A DNA stretch of 40,832 nucleotides, taken from NCBI RefSeq assembly GCF_004010195.1, contig NC_057753.1:14825230-14866061 (forward strand). The letters are read 5' to 3'. Of this stretch, positions 1 through 12,393 are shown one piece after another. The notes under the pieces are model-generated. The model ran no database searches, was not told the DNA's origin, and saw only the letters and a list, made by a program, of their open reading frames with translations. Positions within the stretch are counted from its first letter, which is position 1; each line of letters begins with the position of its first letter. The DNA is from Chiloscyllium plagiosum. Taxonomy: Eukaryota. The translations under genes and the position numbers were made by a program.

Positions 1-232
1 GTTAGATTCCATTTCCTTTTTTTAAATCTTCTTCTTTGAATAATTCCTTCCTCTCCCCCCCCACACACAAAAAAACCCCAACAAGCGAGAGAGGGGAAGG
101 GGGTAAAGAAAAAACCAGCCCTCCCTCTTCTATCATCACCTCCACCGCCACCACTTCTCCCCTTCTCTTGTGCCCCCTTACTCTATCTCTCTTTTTTACC
201 CCCCCACCCCCTCTCTGGGTTTTGTCCTCTCG
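1..232 (+). other. Possible 3' part of a non-coding 5'-UTR exon of the hnRNP C-family gene
   Basis: Pyrimidine-rich tract ending in a consensus donor CG|GTGAGT (GT at 233-234), followed by a long intron-like region. HNRNPC/RALY genes have non-coding first exons and long 5' introns. No transcript evidence. Confidence 0.35.
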
Positions 233-3200
233 GTGAGTACAACGTTATTGAAAGAAACGGCAAAAAGAAAAGGGTGGGTCGTTTTGGTGGGTGGGGGGGG
301 GAGACAGGTTGTCTTAGTGGGGTTTTTAAAAAAAAATTACGAAGCTATCTAATTGTCTTTTTTTTTCGCCCCTTTTTTTGGGGGCGGGGGGTGCTGAGAG
401 ATCGTGGGTGGGGGTTGGCAAAGAGATCTAGGGCCTGGGTCACTTTTTGTTTGAGACGGTGAATAAATATATATAAATGACATGGTTAGGTACCTAATTA
501 AGTAGCTGCTTGTAACGAGCTTTAAATCTGCAAGTGCTAAATCGTAATCTACAATACGTAAAGTCTAGTGGCTTTTAAACCTGCCTCAATTCTAACTAAA
601 TCTCTGTTCTTTTTCTTGAAACAAAAACCTCCACATGTGCAGTTTGATTTTTTAACAAAGCCACCTTTTAACTTCAGGTCTGTTTTAATGTAAATTCTCA
701 TTTTCCTAATCCTAAACGCTCTTGTCTGTTTCCCCCAAATTCAAATCATACTGTGCAGAATAATCCCAGAGCTTAATCTGATTATCGGTGTGCTGGTTAT
801 TGCATCTAAACTTTTATTCTTTTTTAAACAGTAATACAAATTTTATCTAAGCTGCAAATGTGGGTGTAATTGAATGTTTCATTTTGTTGAAATTGACAAT
901 CCTTTATTGTTAACTAAAGTGAGTGTTTGTTTATCAGTTTTAGATTTTAGTTTATGAAAAATTAGTGCAATAATCTGGTAATGAATATTTGGTAAATCAA
1001 ACTCCAAAAATCTCTCCCTCCCTAATTACAACCAAGCAATTTACATTTCACTTTATGGATGCATAACTAAGTAAATATTTAGTGAATCCTTGTTGTTAAA
1101 CCTAAAGCAGCTCTCTTTCTGTGTAAATCGTGTAATTTACAAATGTGAATAGTCCTTCAGTATACAGTAAACTCTTGCTAAAAGCTGAAATTTTCTTGGT
1201 AAAATATAATTGACAAAATAAACGTGAAAGATCTGATTGCTTAAATAGTTATGTTTTCTCTGTGTTTGACCAAATTGCCTTAATTAAAACTAAAAGTTTA
1301 TTCTGCCACTTTGTTTTAAACAAAGGTTGCTAAATACCTTTTTGCTGATGCTAGTATTAGGTTCTTGTTTGATTTCTGAACAATCTCAATTGTTTTTCTT
1401 TTAAATTAGCTAATATTTAATTGTGGGCATTCTATCTGAATAGATCTAATTGTAATGTACATTTCGGTTAGGTAATTACAACTTTTAATCATGGGCTTGA
1501 AGGCAAATTATTTTGGTGTTTAATATCAGGCTATAGAAAGAAAATTGAAAATGTACACGTTCGGCTTGAAAAGATTTAGTTGTGAATTCAATTAAATGTA
1601 TATAATCTTATAAACAGTTTAGAAGTCTCACAGTTGGTTAAAATTATCTAAAATGTGTTTAATTATAACTAAATGCAATTATGATTTAATGTCACCCTCA
1701 ACATGTTTAATAGTTTCCATGAAATATCGCATTTTATCTATAATCACGTTTTGGCGTAAGAAAAATCAAATTATACATTCATTTCAGACTTTATGTTCAT
1801 TCTTCTAAAGTTACTCGTTCTGAATTGAATTACAGATACAAATTGTTTCCATAAGTGTAAATATTTAAATGCATATAAACTAAAAATAAATAAAACAATA
1901 AATGAGTGTTTTGTAAACCTGTTAAAATATTATAAATTCAAACCTCTAATGTGTTTATATATATTTATGATTGCAAATTGAATTGTTAAAAATCAAAATA
2001 CTCCCTTGCCGAGAGCCAGTCACTATTTTTAAACATGTGCAACGTGCACTTTTTAAAGTGATTTTTTTAAAAAAAATTTTTACTTTGTCGAGCTTCCTGG
2101 TTTTAAACTTGGCCAAAAAAGTCCATGATTTGCCCTTTTTTTTTGGAGAGGGGGAAAAAGTCTTAGATTTGTGTTTTTTTTTTAAAAGATTGAAAACTTT
2201 TTGATATTTTATTTGCATTTTACACTTGACAACGGAAAGCTTTTTAGAAATGTGATTTTTTTTTCATAGAGAACAATATTTTTGCAATTTTGCTGTTGAT
2301 GTAAAGTTTTACACTATCATTATCACAGTTCAGATGCCATTTTTGATGAGTGTTTTCTACGTAAAAAGGACATGAAATACTTTTTAAGGCGTGTTTTTGC
2401 ACTTTCGGGAGTGTATTTTGTGGGAGAAGTTTGAAGTACTGGCGAGAGAAATCTTATCGGGGCGAAAGTTGAACATTTCTGTTTTTTTTTTAAAACCTCT
2501 TTTGAATTAGAATGTTTTGTGCTTTTACGAGTATCTGGCATTTTAAAAAGAGGAAATTTAAATATTTTGTACCTCAAAATGTCCACTTTTTTTTTCTCTC
2601 TCCTTCATACAACAAACAATTCTGGACTTGAAATAATTCGGGTTTATTTCTTAAATAAGTCCCTCACCCACCCCCCCAAAAAAAAGTTTAAAGTTTTGTT
2701 GCCATTTCGGGAACAATTTTGTTTTGCGAACCTTCCACTTAGTGGGGAAGTGACACAATTTTTTTTGTATTCAGCTTTCTTTAAAATTCAAGGACATTCT
2801 TCCCCCCCCTCCCCCACCACCCCGTGCTTCCTGTTTTGAAAACATTGCTGACTCTTTTGTAAAAATGTTTGACGCTTTAAAATGTTTTGTTCTGAACACA
2901 TTTTTTTTTGTTGTTTTTAAATGGAAAACACCTATCTGATGTTGGCTTTTACATCTGCAACTTGGAAACGTTTAGAATTGACTTGAGATTGTTGTCAACC
3001 TCCTTCGGGTTAATTGGCTGTGAATCCAAAGACTTATTTTTCTGTTGTCTGTTCTTCCTTCTGAAGGGGACAGGGAGCATCAAAAATTGGCTCTCCTTGT
3101 TGCTCCAACTGAGGCGTCGATCGACGGACAGGCGCGAGATGATTGGAGTCAAATTCTAATGCGGCTGCTAAAACCTGCGTTTTCATGAATTAAATCCGAC

Positions 3201-6200
3201 CTGTCTGTTTTTTTTCCCCCTCCCACAAAATACAAACGAGTGGATTGCAGTGGCTTCCACTTGTGGTGTGACTGGGAGGCCACTGGGAGGGAGAGTGCAT
3301 GTTCTGCCCAGTAGTTCAGTGGTGGCAAAGGATTGCTACTGCACGTGAGATAGCAATGTTAATGTGGGCGAATGGTTACGCACCCTCCTCCCCTTGCGTC
3401 CCGGGGAAAAAAAAAAGTAAAGTTCGTTTTCAGCCTACATTTTTTTTTTTAAAAATACTGTTTGGAAGGTTTTCCCTACTCGAAATTTCATCTGTTGAAC
3501 TTTTGTACTTTTGATTTTTTTTATATTTGCAGTTTTGTGGACACTTTTTCCCTAAAAACAGCCAGTTTGGGCCTCTCTATAAGATCAACATGAATGCAGA
3601 AGTAAGCACCAACATTTTTTTTTTCAAGAAAACGTTTTTTAAAGCTGACGAGTGTTTAAGAGTTACAAAATATTTTCCTTTTTTTAAAATGAAACGCTAT
3701 ATACTCTGTATAATTTTTTTTTTAAATTAATCTGTAGTGTTAGAGGTGTGCGTTGAGTAGATTTCCCAAAAGCGCACTTTGTTTATGACTTTTATATATT
3801 TAGCTTTAGAGTCGTTTTTGGGTCAGACTTTAATTTGAAACAAAATCTGAGCGAGTGGCTTTTTTCATAAGAACAAAGGTTTTTAACTTCTCTCTTTTTC
3901 TTGCGGTGTTTTTCCCCTCTTTTTAATACTACCTACTCGAGCTGTTTATAAAAAAACAATCTTTGAACATTTTACATTGGATCAATCTTGATTCTGCCTT
4001 TCTCCTTTTTTTTCACGCTTCAATCGAACTGTTGAATTTTAAGTGTATAAGTGCAATTTTTAAAGTTTTTGAACGTTTTATATTGATGATATTTAGAGAG
4101 CATATATAACATAGATATTTTTATGCAGCTCCCTCTTTTCCCCCCTCCTTTTGATTTTTACAGTTAAGTAGTGCCTTTTTAGAGGGTTTTTGGGGTAGCT
4201 GGATGTGTTTTTTTTTTAGCGCCTGTATATTTTTGTAAAGCCGTTGGACTCTGGTGTTACGTTTGAGCAGAAGGTGAAATTTTTTTCCCTTCCGTTCCCT
4301 GCCCCGTCCTGTCAGTGGGCCACAAATTTAGCAGTGGGTTACTTTTGTTCGGGGGAAACGACCCCAAACACGCTTTTACTTTTGGTCGCACCAATTCATG
4401 AGTTTCTCTTGCTGTTCACACTCTATTCCCCAAATCCCCACCTCCCACCCCTTCTTTCTCTCTTTTTCCCCCCCCCCCCCCAACTCCATCCATCCACCCG
4501 CACGCAAAACATGTGTCCTTTGATTTGTTTCATGTGTTTCCAGACATGGGGGTTGAGGGGAAAGGGAGGGGGAAACTGGCAACCAACACAGCTCACCATC
4601 GCTGCACCTACCGTGAGATTCTGCTGTGCGTATGTGCTTCCTACCTCCGCCCAGTCCTAGAGACCGCTGCTGCTGTGGGGTTAGTCACATTCCTTCACCC
4701 TAAGTCCTCTTGACCTTTTATGAGCTGAAGGTGGCACGGTTGTCCAATTCATGCCTTCCAGATTGAGCAGCTTCTTTGAGAACAGTAACCTCTGCGGTTG
4801 TGAGGTGATGAATTTCCTTCTCTTCCCTTAACCTGCACCCCATCCCAAAAGTTCTGGTTTCCCGTGCAAATGCTTTCCTTCCTAAGACGCCCTGGCAATT
4901 TGGCTGAATCTCAAGTCATCCCAGAATTGCAGAGCATTCAATTTTCCAAGCGCTCCCGTTCTTCCCCCCCCTCCCCACTGTGCTTTGCGTTGCTGGTTTG
5001 GCTCGTTTTTCCCCTCCCCTCTCTGTCTCAATCTGAATCCCTGGTGCCTCGGGTTATCTGAACATCATTGGGTCAAACCATCCGTCTTGTCTGGTGTCCA
5101 TCCGAGCCTCCAAATTCACGTGGGGTTGCCGAGAGCAGATGGAAGTGCAGATGTCAGAGTTGGCGCCTAGATGCCAAAGTGATCGTGAATCTCTTCAGTG
5201 GTTTCTGCATTCACGTCTTGTTAACATAAGCACCACGCACCAAAACATTGCATTTAAATAAAAAGAATTTGCACTCCATAAGGTGCCTTCTAATTTCTCG
5301 GGGCTTCTGGCAGTGCCTCTGGCAGCTTGTTCTAAGCCTGGTTGGATGGAACTGAAGGGGTAACTTGATCACGGTAGACAAGGGAGCATTTATAAATGTT
5401 GCGCGTGTGGGTTTCAAGCAGGCCTTTACTGAGCTTCCGCACAGGCGCGAGAAAGATTGAGTGCTCATACTTGAATGAATCCTCTTGGTTTGGGTACAGA
5501 ACTGTTTAGGAGATGGGGTGAGTGTGTGAGCAAGGGATTTGGTGCTGTGACCTCTGCTTCGCATTACTGTTACAAACAACTCCCTGAATAAGCGACAGGC
5601 CGTTTATCTGGATTATCTCTCAAATGTATCTGAACACTGAGCAGTGTGACATGCGCTGGCAAAGGTATTTGTAGGCAGATGCCGGATGTTGGCAGTGCAA
5701 ATATTTTGGGAGGCTGGGACTATTTCCCTTTCCCCACCCCCAAAAGATGGCCATTTGTTTGTTCATCTGCTCCAAGCTGTACGTGAGGGTTGACAGTGTG
5801 GAAGCGAGCCATGCGGCTCAGCTGGTCTGTCCAGTTCACGCTCAGTCCCTCCTCCGCGCCGCAGCGCCTCATCCAATCCCAGCATGGGTTTTTTTTTGTC
5901 TGTCTCTCTTGTGGGTTCGTGCAGCTGCCCCTCGACTCTGGTCGTACTGTCCGCCTCAGTCACGGCAGTCTCTCTCTTCTTCCCCCCCCCCCATCTCATC
6001 ACTCCCTGCAGAGTACCCATCGTCTGGAACCAGTTGCAGGGGGAGTTAGGTGGGTAGGCGAGGTTAGGTCAGAGCAGAATGGGGAGTGGGCAGAGTCGAG
6101 GTAGGGCGGGGGGAAGGTTTGCTGCAGTACCATTGGTGACCGAAATGTTGATGGTGGGCAGTTTCCTGGCTGTAACCCTTTCGATTTTCCTCTCCCCCCA

Positions 6201-6655
6201 CCCCCCATCCTACCTCAGGAGCATGTATCCTGTCTGGTGTTTGAGCTTCCTAATTCACTTCAGAGCAAAAGGCATTGCGAATATAAAACCTGGGTGTCCC
6301 CCCTCCCCACCCACCTTGCTCCCTCCTGCAAGGTGCCGCCCTAATGCAGGAGGTGTGGTAGCTCGATCGTGCATAGCAAGATCCCGCAAACAGCTGAGAG
6401 CCTAACCATCTGTGTTTTTCAGATGGGTAACCTTTTTGGTCCTGCGTTCGCCCCCCCCCGCCACCCCCTCCTTTTCCAGATCGTGAGGGGAGTCACATAG
6501 ATTGAAAGTTCCACCCTCCAGGGTGACGGGTAGGGTTTTGAACCCACTGCCTTCTGACTCAGTTGGGGGTTGGCGGAGTAGGAGGGTGGGAATGCACAGC
6601 CCTCGGCGAGGAGCGGCTGACCCCACTGGTGCACCCCGAGACTTTGTTTTTTGTT

Positions 6656-6952
6656 ATTAGATTCCCTACAGTGTGGAAACAGGCCCTTCAGCCCAACCAG
6701 TCCACACCCACCCTCAGAAGAGCAACCCACCCTGACCCATTCCCCTACATTTACCCCTGACTAATGCGTCTAACATGACGAGCAATTTAGCACGGCCAAT
6801 CCACCCTAACCTGCACATCTTTGGACTGTGGGAGGAAACCCACGCAGAGAATATGTAAACTCCACACAGACAGTCGCCCTGAGGCAGGGATCAAACCTGA
6901 GTCCCTGGTGCCGTGAGGCAGCAGTGTTAACCACTGAGCGACCATTCTGCCC
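6656..6952 (-). mobile_element. tRNA-derived SINE of the HE1/V-SINE type with CR1-like 3' tail
   Basis: Minus strand reads GGGCAGAATGGTCGCTCAGTGGTTA (A box), CAGGTTTGATCCC (B box), the central domain GACTGTCTGTGTGGAGTTT...CTGCGTGGGTTTCC and the tail GGGCTGAAGGGCCTGTTTCCACACTGTAGGGAATCTAAT. Confidence 0.85.
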
Positions 6953-8125
6953 CCTGAGACCCGAAGAAGGGGCTGCGCAAACAGTGGTCCCATCTTGTGC
7001 TTAATACCACAAGCATTCAAATAAATTCCAGGGTAGGAGGCAGCCTGGGGAGGGGGGGGGTGTGGGTTACCCTCCTGTCCTTTTACCACATTACATTGGA
7101 GACTGGTCATTGCTGTCACAACCGATTTGTCTATGGGGCCTGAACCTTGTGGGTTCAGAGGAGAGAAAGGGGGCGATCCAATCTGTGAACAGTTAAAAGA
7201 TTAAGGGAGGGTCCTTGCTATCCAAAGTGAAATGGGGCGAATTTGCAATGTGGTCAAAACACAACAGGGGCGACGCTAAAAAAAAACTGCGATCGAGTTA
7301 CCTGAGAACGTTGGAGGGAATACAACAGCACTCTCTCGCCAAGTAATGTCAACGCAGGGACAGGGCTACTCAGGGGTCCGGATAATCAGTGAACTAGCAG
7401 ATGGTGTTCCATAAGAGGTATAGTTAGTAAGTTTGCAGATGACACCAAAATTGGAGGGTGTAGTGGACAGCGAAGTGGGTTACCTCAGATTACAACAGGA
7501 TCTGGACCAGACGGGCCAATGTGCTGAGAAGTGGCAGATGGAGTTTAATTTAGATAAATGTGAGGTGCTGCATTTTGGGAAAGCAAATCTTAGCAGGACT
7601 TATACACTTAATGGTGAGGAAGGTCCTGGGGAGTGTTGCTGAACAGAGACCTTGGAGTGCAGGTTCATAGCGTCTTCCTATCGGAAAGATGTTGTGAAAC
7701 TTGAAAGGGTTCAGAAAAGATTCACAAGGATGTTGCCAGGGTTGTAGGGTTTGAGCTACAGGAAGAGGCTGAACAGGCTGGGGCTGTTTTCCCTGGAGCG
7801 TCGGAGGCTGAGGGGCGACCTTTATAGAAGTTTGCAAAATTGAGGGGCATGGATAGGGGTAAATAGACAAAGTCTTTTCCCTCTGGTCGGGGAGTCCAGA
7901 GCTAGAGGTGCATAGGATTAGGGTGAGGGGGGGAGATATAAAAGAGACTTAAGGGGTAACTTTTTCACACAGAGGGTGGTATGTGTATGGACTGAGCTGC
8001 CAGAGGAAATGGTGGAGGCTGGTACAGTGACAACATTTAAAAGGCACCTGGATGGGGACATGAATAGGAAGGGTTTGGAGGGATATAGGCCGGGTGCTGG
8101 CAGGTGGGACTAGATTGGGTTGGGA

Positions 8126-10132
8126 ACAAAGAAATGGCAGAAGAATTGAATTGGTACTTCAGATCTGTGTTCACTGGGAAGACATAAGCAATCTCCCTGA
8201 GGTAACAGTGGCTGAAGGACCTGAACTGAAGGGAATTTATATTTGCCAGGATTAGTGTTGGAGAGACTGTTGGGTCTGAAGGTTGATAAGTCGGATGTTG
8301 GTTAGGACCACTGTTGGAATATCGCGTGCAATTCTGGTCTCCTTCCTATCGGAAAGATGTTGTGAAACTTGAAAGGGTTCACAAAAGATTCACAAGGATG
8401 TTGGAGGGTTTGAGCTACAGGAAGAGGCTGAACAGGCTGGGGCTGTTTTCCCTGGAGCGTCGGAGGCTGAGGGGCGACCTTTATAGTCCCCGGGACCTGA
8501 TGGTCTACATCCCAGGGTACTGAAGGAGGTGGCTCGGGGAAATCGTGGATGCGTTGGTGATTATTTTCCAGAGTTCGATAGATTTGGCATCTGTTCGTGC
8601 AGATTTGAGAGTGGCTAATGTACCACTTTTTAAGAAAGGTGGGAGAGAGAAAGCAGGAAATTATAGACCAGTTAGTGTGACCTCAGTGGTGGGAAAGATG
8701 CTGGAGTCTATTCTCAACACCCCCACCCCCTGTGCCTCCCACACACACACACGCACACACACACACTCTGTGCCACTCTCACACACACACACTCTGTGCC
8801 TCTCTCCCACACACACACACTCTGTGCCTCTCTCCCCCACGCACACACACACACTCTGTGCCTCTCTCTCTCACACACACAAACTCTGTGCCTCTCTCCC
8901 ACACACACACACACACTCTGTGGGAGAGAGGCACAGAGTGTGTGTGTGTGTGTGGGAGAGAGGCACAGAGTGTGTGTGTGTGTGTGTGTGTGAGAGGCAC
9001 AGATTGAGTGTGTGTGTGTGAGAGAGAGTGTGTGTGTGTGGGAGAGAGGCACAGAGTTTGTGTGTGGGAGAGAGGCACAGAGTGTGTGTGTGTGGGAGAG
9101 AGGCACATAGTGTGTGTGTGGGGGAGAGAGGCACAGTGTATGTGTATGTGTGTGGGAGAGAGGCACAGAGTGTGTGTGTGTGGGAGAGAGGCACAGAGTG
9201 TGCGTGTGTGTGATAGAGCCACAGAGTGTGTGTGTGTGAGAGGCACAGAGTGTGTGTGTGTGTGTGTGGGAGAGAGGCACAGTGTGTGTGTGTGGGAGAA
9301 AGGCACAGGGTGTGTGTGTGTGTGTGAGAGGCACAGAGTGTGTGTGTGTGGGAGAGTGAGGCACAGAGTGTGTGTGTGGGATAGAGGCACAGGGTGTGTG
9401 TGTGTGGGAGAGTGTGTGTATGTGTGTGTGTGTGTGTGTGGGAGAGAGACACAGAGTGTGTGTGTGTGAGAGAGAGAGGCACAGAGTGTGTGTGTGTGTG
9501 TGTGTGTGGGAGAGAGGCACAGAGTGTGTGTGTGGGAGAGAGCCACAGAGTGTGTATGTGTGTGGGAGAGAAGCACAGAGTGTGTGTGTTTGTGTGTGGG
9601 AGAGAGGCACAGAGTGTTTGTGTGAGTGTGTGTTTGGGAGAGAGGCACAGAGTGTGTGTCGAGGTCAATTCCTGGAATGGCGGGACTACCTTACGCTGAA
9701 AGACTGGAGCGACTGGGCTTGTATACCCTTGAGTTTAGAAGACTGAGAGGGGATCTGATTGAGACATATAAGATTATGAAAGGATTGGACATGCTGGCAA
9801 CAGGAAACATGTTTCCACTGATGGGTGAGTGCCGACGCAGAGGACACAGCTTAAAAATACGGGGTAGACCATTTAGGACAGAGCTGAGGAGAAACGTCTT
9901 CACCCAGAGAGTGGTGGGTGTGTGGAATGCTCTGTCCCAGAGGGCAGTGGAGGCCCAGTCTCTGGATTTGTTTAAGAAAGAGTTGGATAGAGCTCTGAAG
10001 GATTGTGGAATCGAGGGTTATGGAGATAAGGCAGGAACAGGATACTGATTAAGGATGATCAGCCATGATCATATTGAATGGTGGTGCAGGCTCGATGGGC
10101 AGAATGGCCTACTCCTGCACCTATTGTCTACT
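8126..10132 (+). mobile_element. Inner CR1 LINE of a different subfamily, itself interrupted by a CR1 fragment (8293-8488) and a minisatellite
   Basis: Encodes KVDKS|PGPDGLHPRVLK, FKKGGREKAGNYRPVS and the C-terminal LERLGLYTLEFRRLRGDLIETYKIM. The 3' end is ...AGAATGGCCTACTCCTGCACCTATTGTCTA. Confidence 0.8.
8716..9659. repeat. Compound minisatellite of (CA)n + CTCTGTGCCTCTCTCC units, with an orientation switch at about 8920
   Basis: Directly visible: C/A-rich units at 8716-8920, then reverse-complement GGGAGAGAGGCACAGA(GT)n units at 8921-9659. Confidence 0.95.
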
Positions 10133-10344
10133 GATATCTGGGTTGGCACAGACATGTTGGACCGAAGGGTCTGTTCGAGTGCTATACATCTCTATGACTC
10201 TATAACTGCTTAGCACTGACCCGAGACCGTACATTAGAATAGACCGGAAAAGGTAGCCCCGAGTGGAGGTGAGCGTAAACGTTTGGCACGTCCTTTGGGC
10301 CGCGTGGTCAGTTTCTGCGCTGTAGGCCGTGTGAATTCAGGCTC

Positions 10345-10520
10345 ACGGGGGAAGTGGTGGGTGCAGGCCCATCGACAAAGTTGGGATAAGTGCAGCAATG
10401 GGCAAGGTCTGGAGGGAATTGAGCCTGGAGCGGGCAGCTGGGGGACTAGTCAGGTTTGGGGAGTCGCGTTCGGCGCGGACTGGTCGGGCCAAATAGTCCG
10501 TTTCCCTGCCTTGCGAATCT
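10345..10520 (+). mobile_element. Old, diverged CR1 3' end
   Basis: GAAGTGGTGGGTGCAGG...GGGACTAG...GGACTGGTCGGGCCAAATAGTCCGTTTCC resembles the younger CR1 tails elsewhere in the window. Confidence 0.55.
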
Positions 10521-12361
10521 TGTGACCCTGGGGGTGGGGGAAATACACGGTCCCTGGGCGCTCCCGCAACAAGATTTCCCAGACAAACGGTTTATCTGTC
10601 GAGAGCCTGTGGCAATCGCGGCTGTGTGGAGCGGGGCATCCTTGGAGACGGGATTGGGGGGGTGGGGGTGGAGAGGTCAGTATGGTTTTGAACGCCCTGT
10701 AACTTTGTAGGATAAAAGGCTAGCCTGTGGTGGAGAGGGTAGGTGCCATTAACTGGGCAGGCCCACAATCGCCAGAAAGCCTTGCTTTTGCACAGCGACG
10801 TACTGCACTCGCACGGTGTCTGGGACCCAAGGGCGGGTGGATCGGGAGAGCGGGGCAGGGTCAAGTCCACCCGGGGTTTGGAAACTAGGGTGAACCGTTT
10901 GAACGTTCTGACAGCGCAGGACCAGGAGGATGGGTCAGTTCCGAGAGAGATGTCAGGCGTAGGAACTTGTAAATGCAGGAGTCGTCAGCCATCCCTCCCT
11001 GCGGCTGCGTTGACTCCCGTCCGGATGTAATCTTCACCCCGCAGGTTCTCAGTCTTGCTTTGAAATCCCGTGACCCACCTCCCAAGAGCTCTGGGCCACT
11101 TGAATATCCCTGATTCTAATGGCCCCAGCACCGGGGAAGCCAAGCCTTGGTCTCCGAGCTGGAGAGCACCCTCTCCTGACCGCCCACCCCAGGTGCTCCT
11201 TCAAAGCCGAGCTCTACCACCAAGTTCCCCCTGGCACCCCGTCCAGAGTCGTGGCTTTTGAGGAAGTGGGGAGAGTTGGATAACTTTCTGAAAAGATGGT
11301 TTGCACTGAGCAAGGGGCGGGGATGTTTTGCGCTTTGATGGCAAGGACGCGATGGGCTGAATGGCTTCCCCCTCGGCCTGAGCCCGCTTAAAGACTTGGC
11401 GTGGTCAGTAAACCTGACCTTCCCGGGGCTGAGGGTGCCACGCGAAGGGGAGGAGAGGGCTGAAGCACTCCCTTGTGTGCATGCGACAGTCCCCCGTTCT
11501 CTCCCCTACCCCCCCCCCCCCAGTGAGAAATCGCGTCGACTTTAAAGCAACAAGGTGAAAGGCGCCTCAGTGCTCTCTGAGCGGGTGCTTTGAGAGGGCA
11601 GCCAGGCTGGGCTGGTCCACGCCAACCAGCAGGCCCTGGCTGACCAGAAATCCAGCCTCACCTCCGGATCGTCTCACCATCACCCACCCCACCCCACCCC
11701 ACCCTGCCAGAAGGCTGCCTCCCGTCTTCTCCACTGCTGAGGGGCGGCTCGCTTCCTCTTGTGCTGACGGCCGCGCCTCCCGCCAGAGGGAATTTGCACC
11801 TGGTGGGCCTTGTGTTGTTCCGCTGAGAGCGTGCGGACAACCGTGCGCCCTTTTTTATTTGGTAATTAGCGTCGTCGTCGTCGTCTTCCTCCTCCTCCAC
11901 CCCACTCGGAGGTTATCGGGGCGTACGCTTTTTCTGGACAAGCGGGCGGCAGAAAGCTTTTCCCCTGAGTCGTTCTCGCGAGCTCTCCGGCTGCGCTGGT
12001 TGCCACGAGGAAAGCGCTTGCGATGACTGTCAGTGTTGGAGGGTTCAGCGAAAAGCCATTTTTTGCATCCCCCTCGCAAAAAAAGCCCTCTTCGGGCCAG
12101 AGCAAACCCGCTGTCTCCAGAGTCCGTAACTGCTCCGTTCGCTGCCTCTCGGGACTCTGGCGCCAGCCCCCTTGTTTATTTCTCCCCTCCCCGCAGCTGG
12201 TGAACTGGCCCTTCGGAGATGTGTTCCACCGATCATCATGCCCCCTCTCCCAGCCCCCAGGTGCCCTCTGCCATCTTCTCTCCTGGTCCACCACCTAAAT
12301 ATCTGCACTCCCTCCACGCCAGCCCCAACAACCATCTTGTCTGTTTTCATGTGTCTCTAAC

Positions 12362-12393
<32 letters not shown>

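Larger units (their letters stand above)
7411..10202 (+). mobile_element. 5'-truncated CR1 LINE (outer copy: 7411-8125 plus 10133-10202), interrupted by a second CR1
   Basis: Encodes FADDTK and WQMEFNLDKCEVLHFG. The 3' UTR GATTGGGTTGGGA breaks at 8125 and resumes as GATATCTGGGTTGG at 10133, ending in the TCTATGACTCTA tail. Frameshifts and an internal deletion are present. Confidence 0.85.

Noticed and set aside
4801..4915. C/D-box snoRNA candidate (GTGATGA at 4805, CTGA at 4904)
   Set aside because: The terminal stem is out of register for a k-turn, there are no clear C'/D' boxes, and no rRNA or snRNA complementarity was recognised.
8661..9746. His/Thr- or Cys/Val-rich ORFs
   Set aside because: These are translations of the (CA)n minisatellite.
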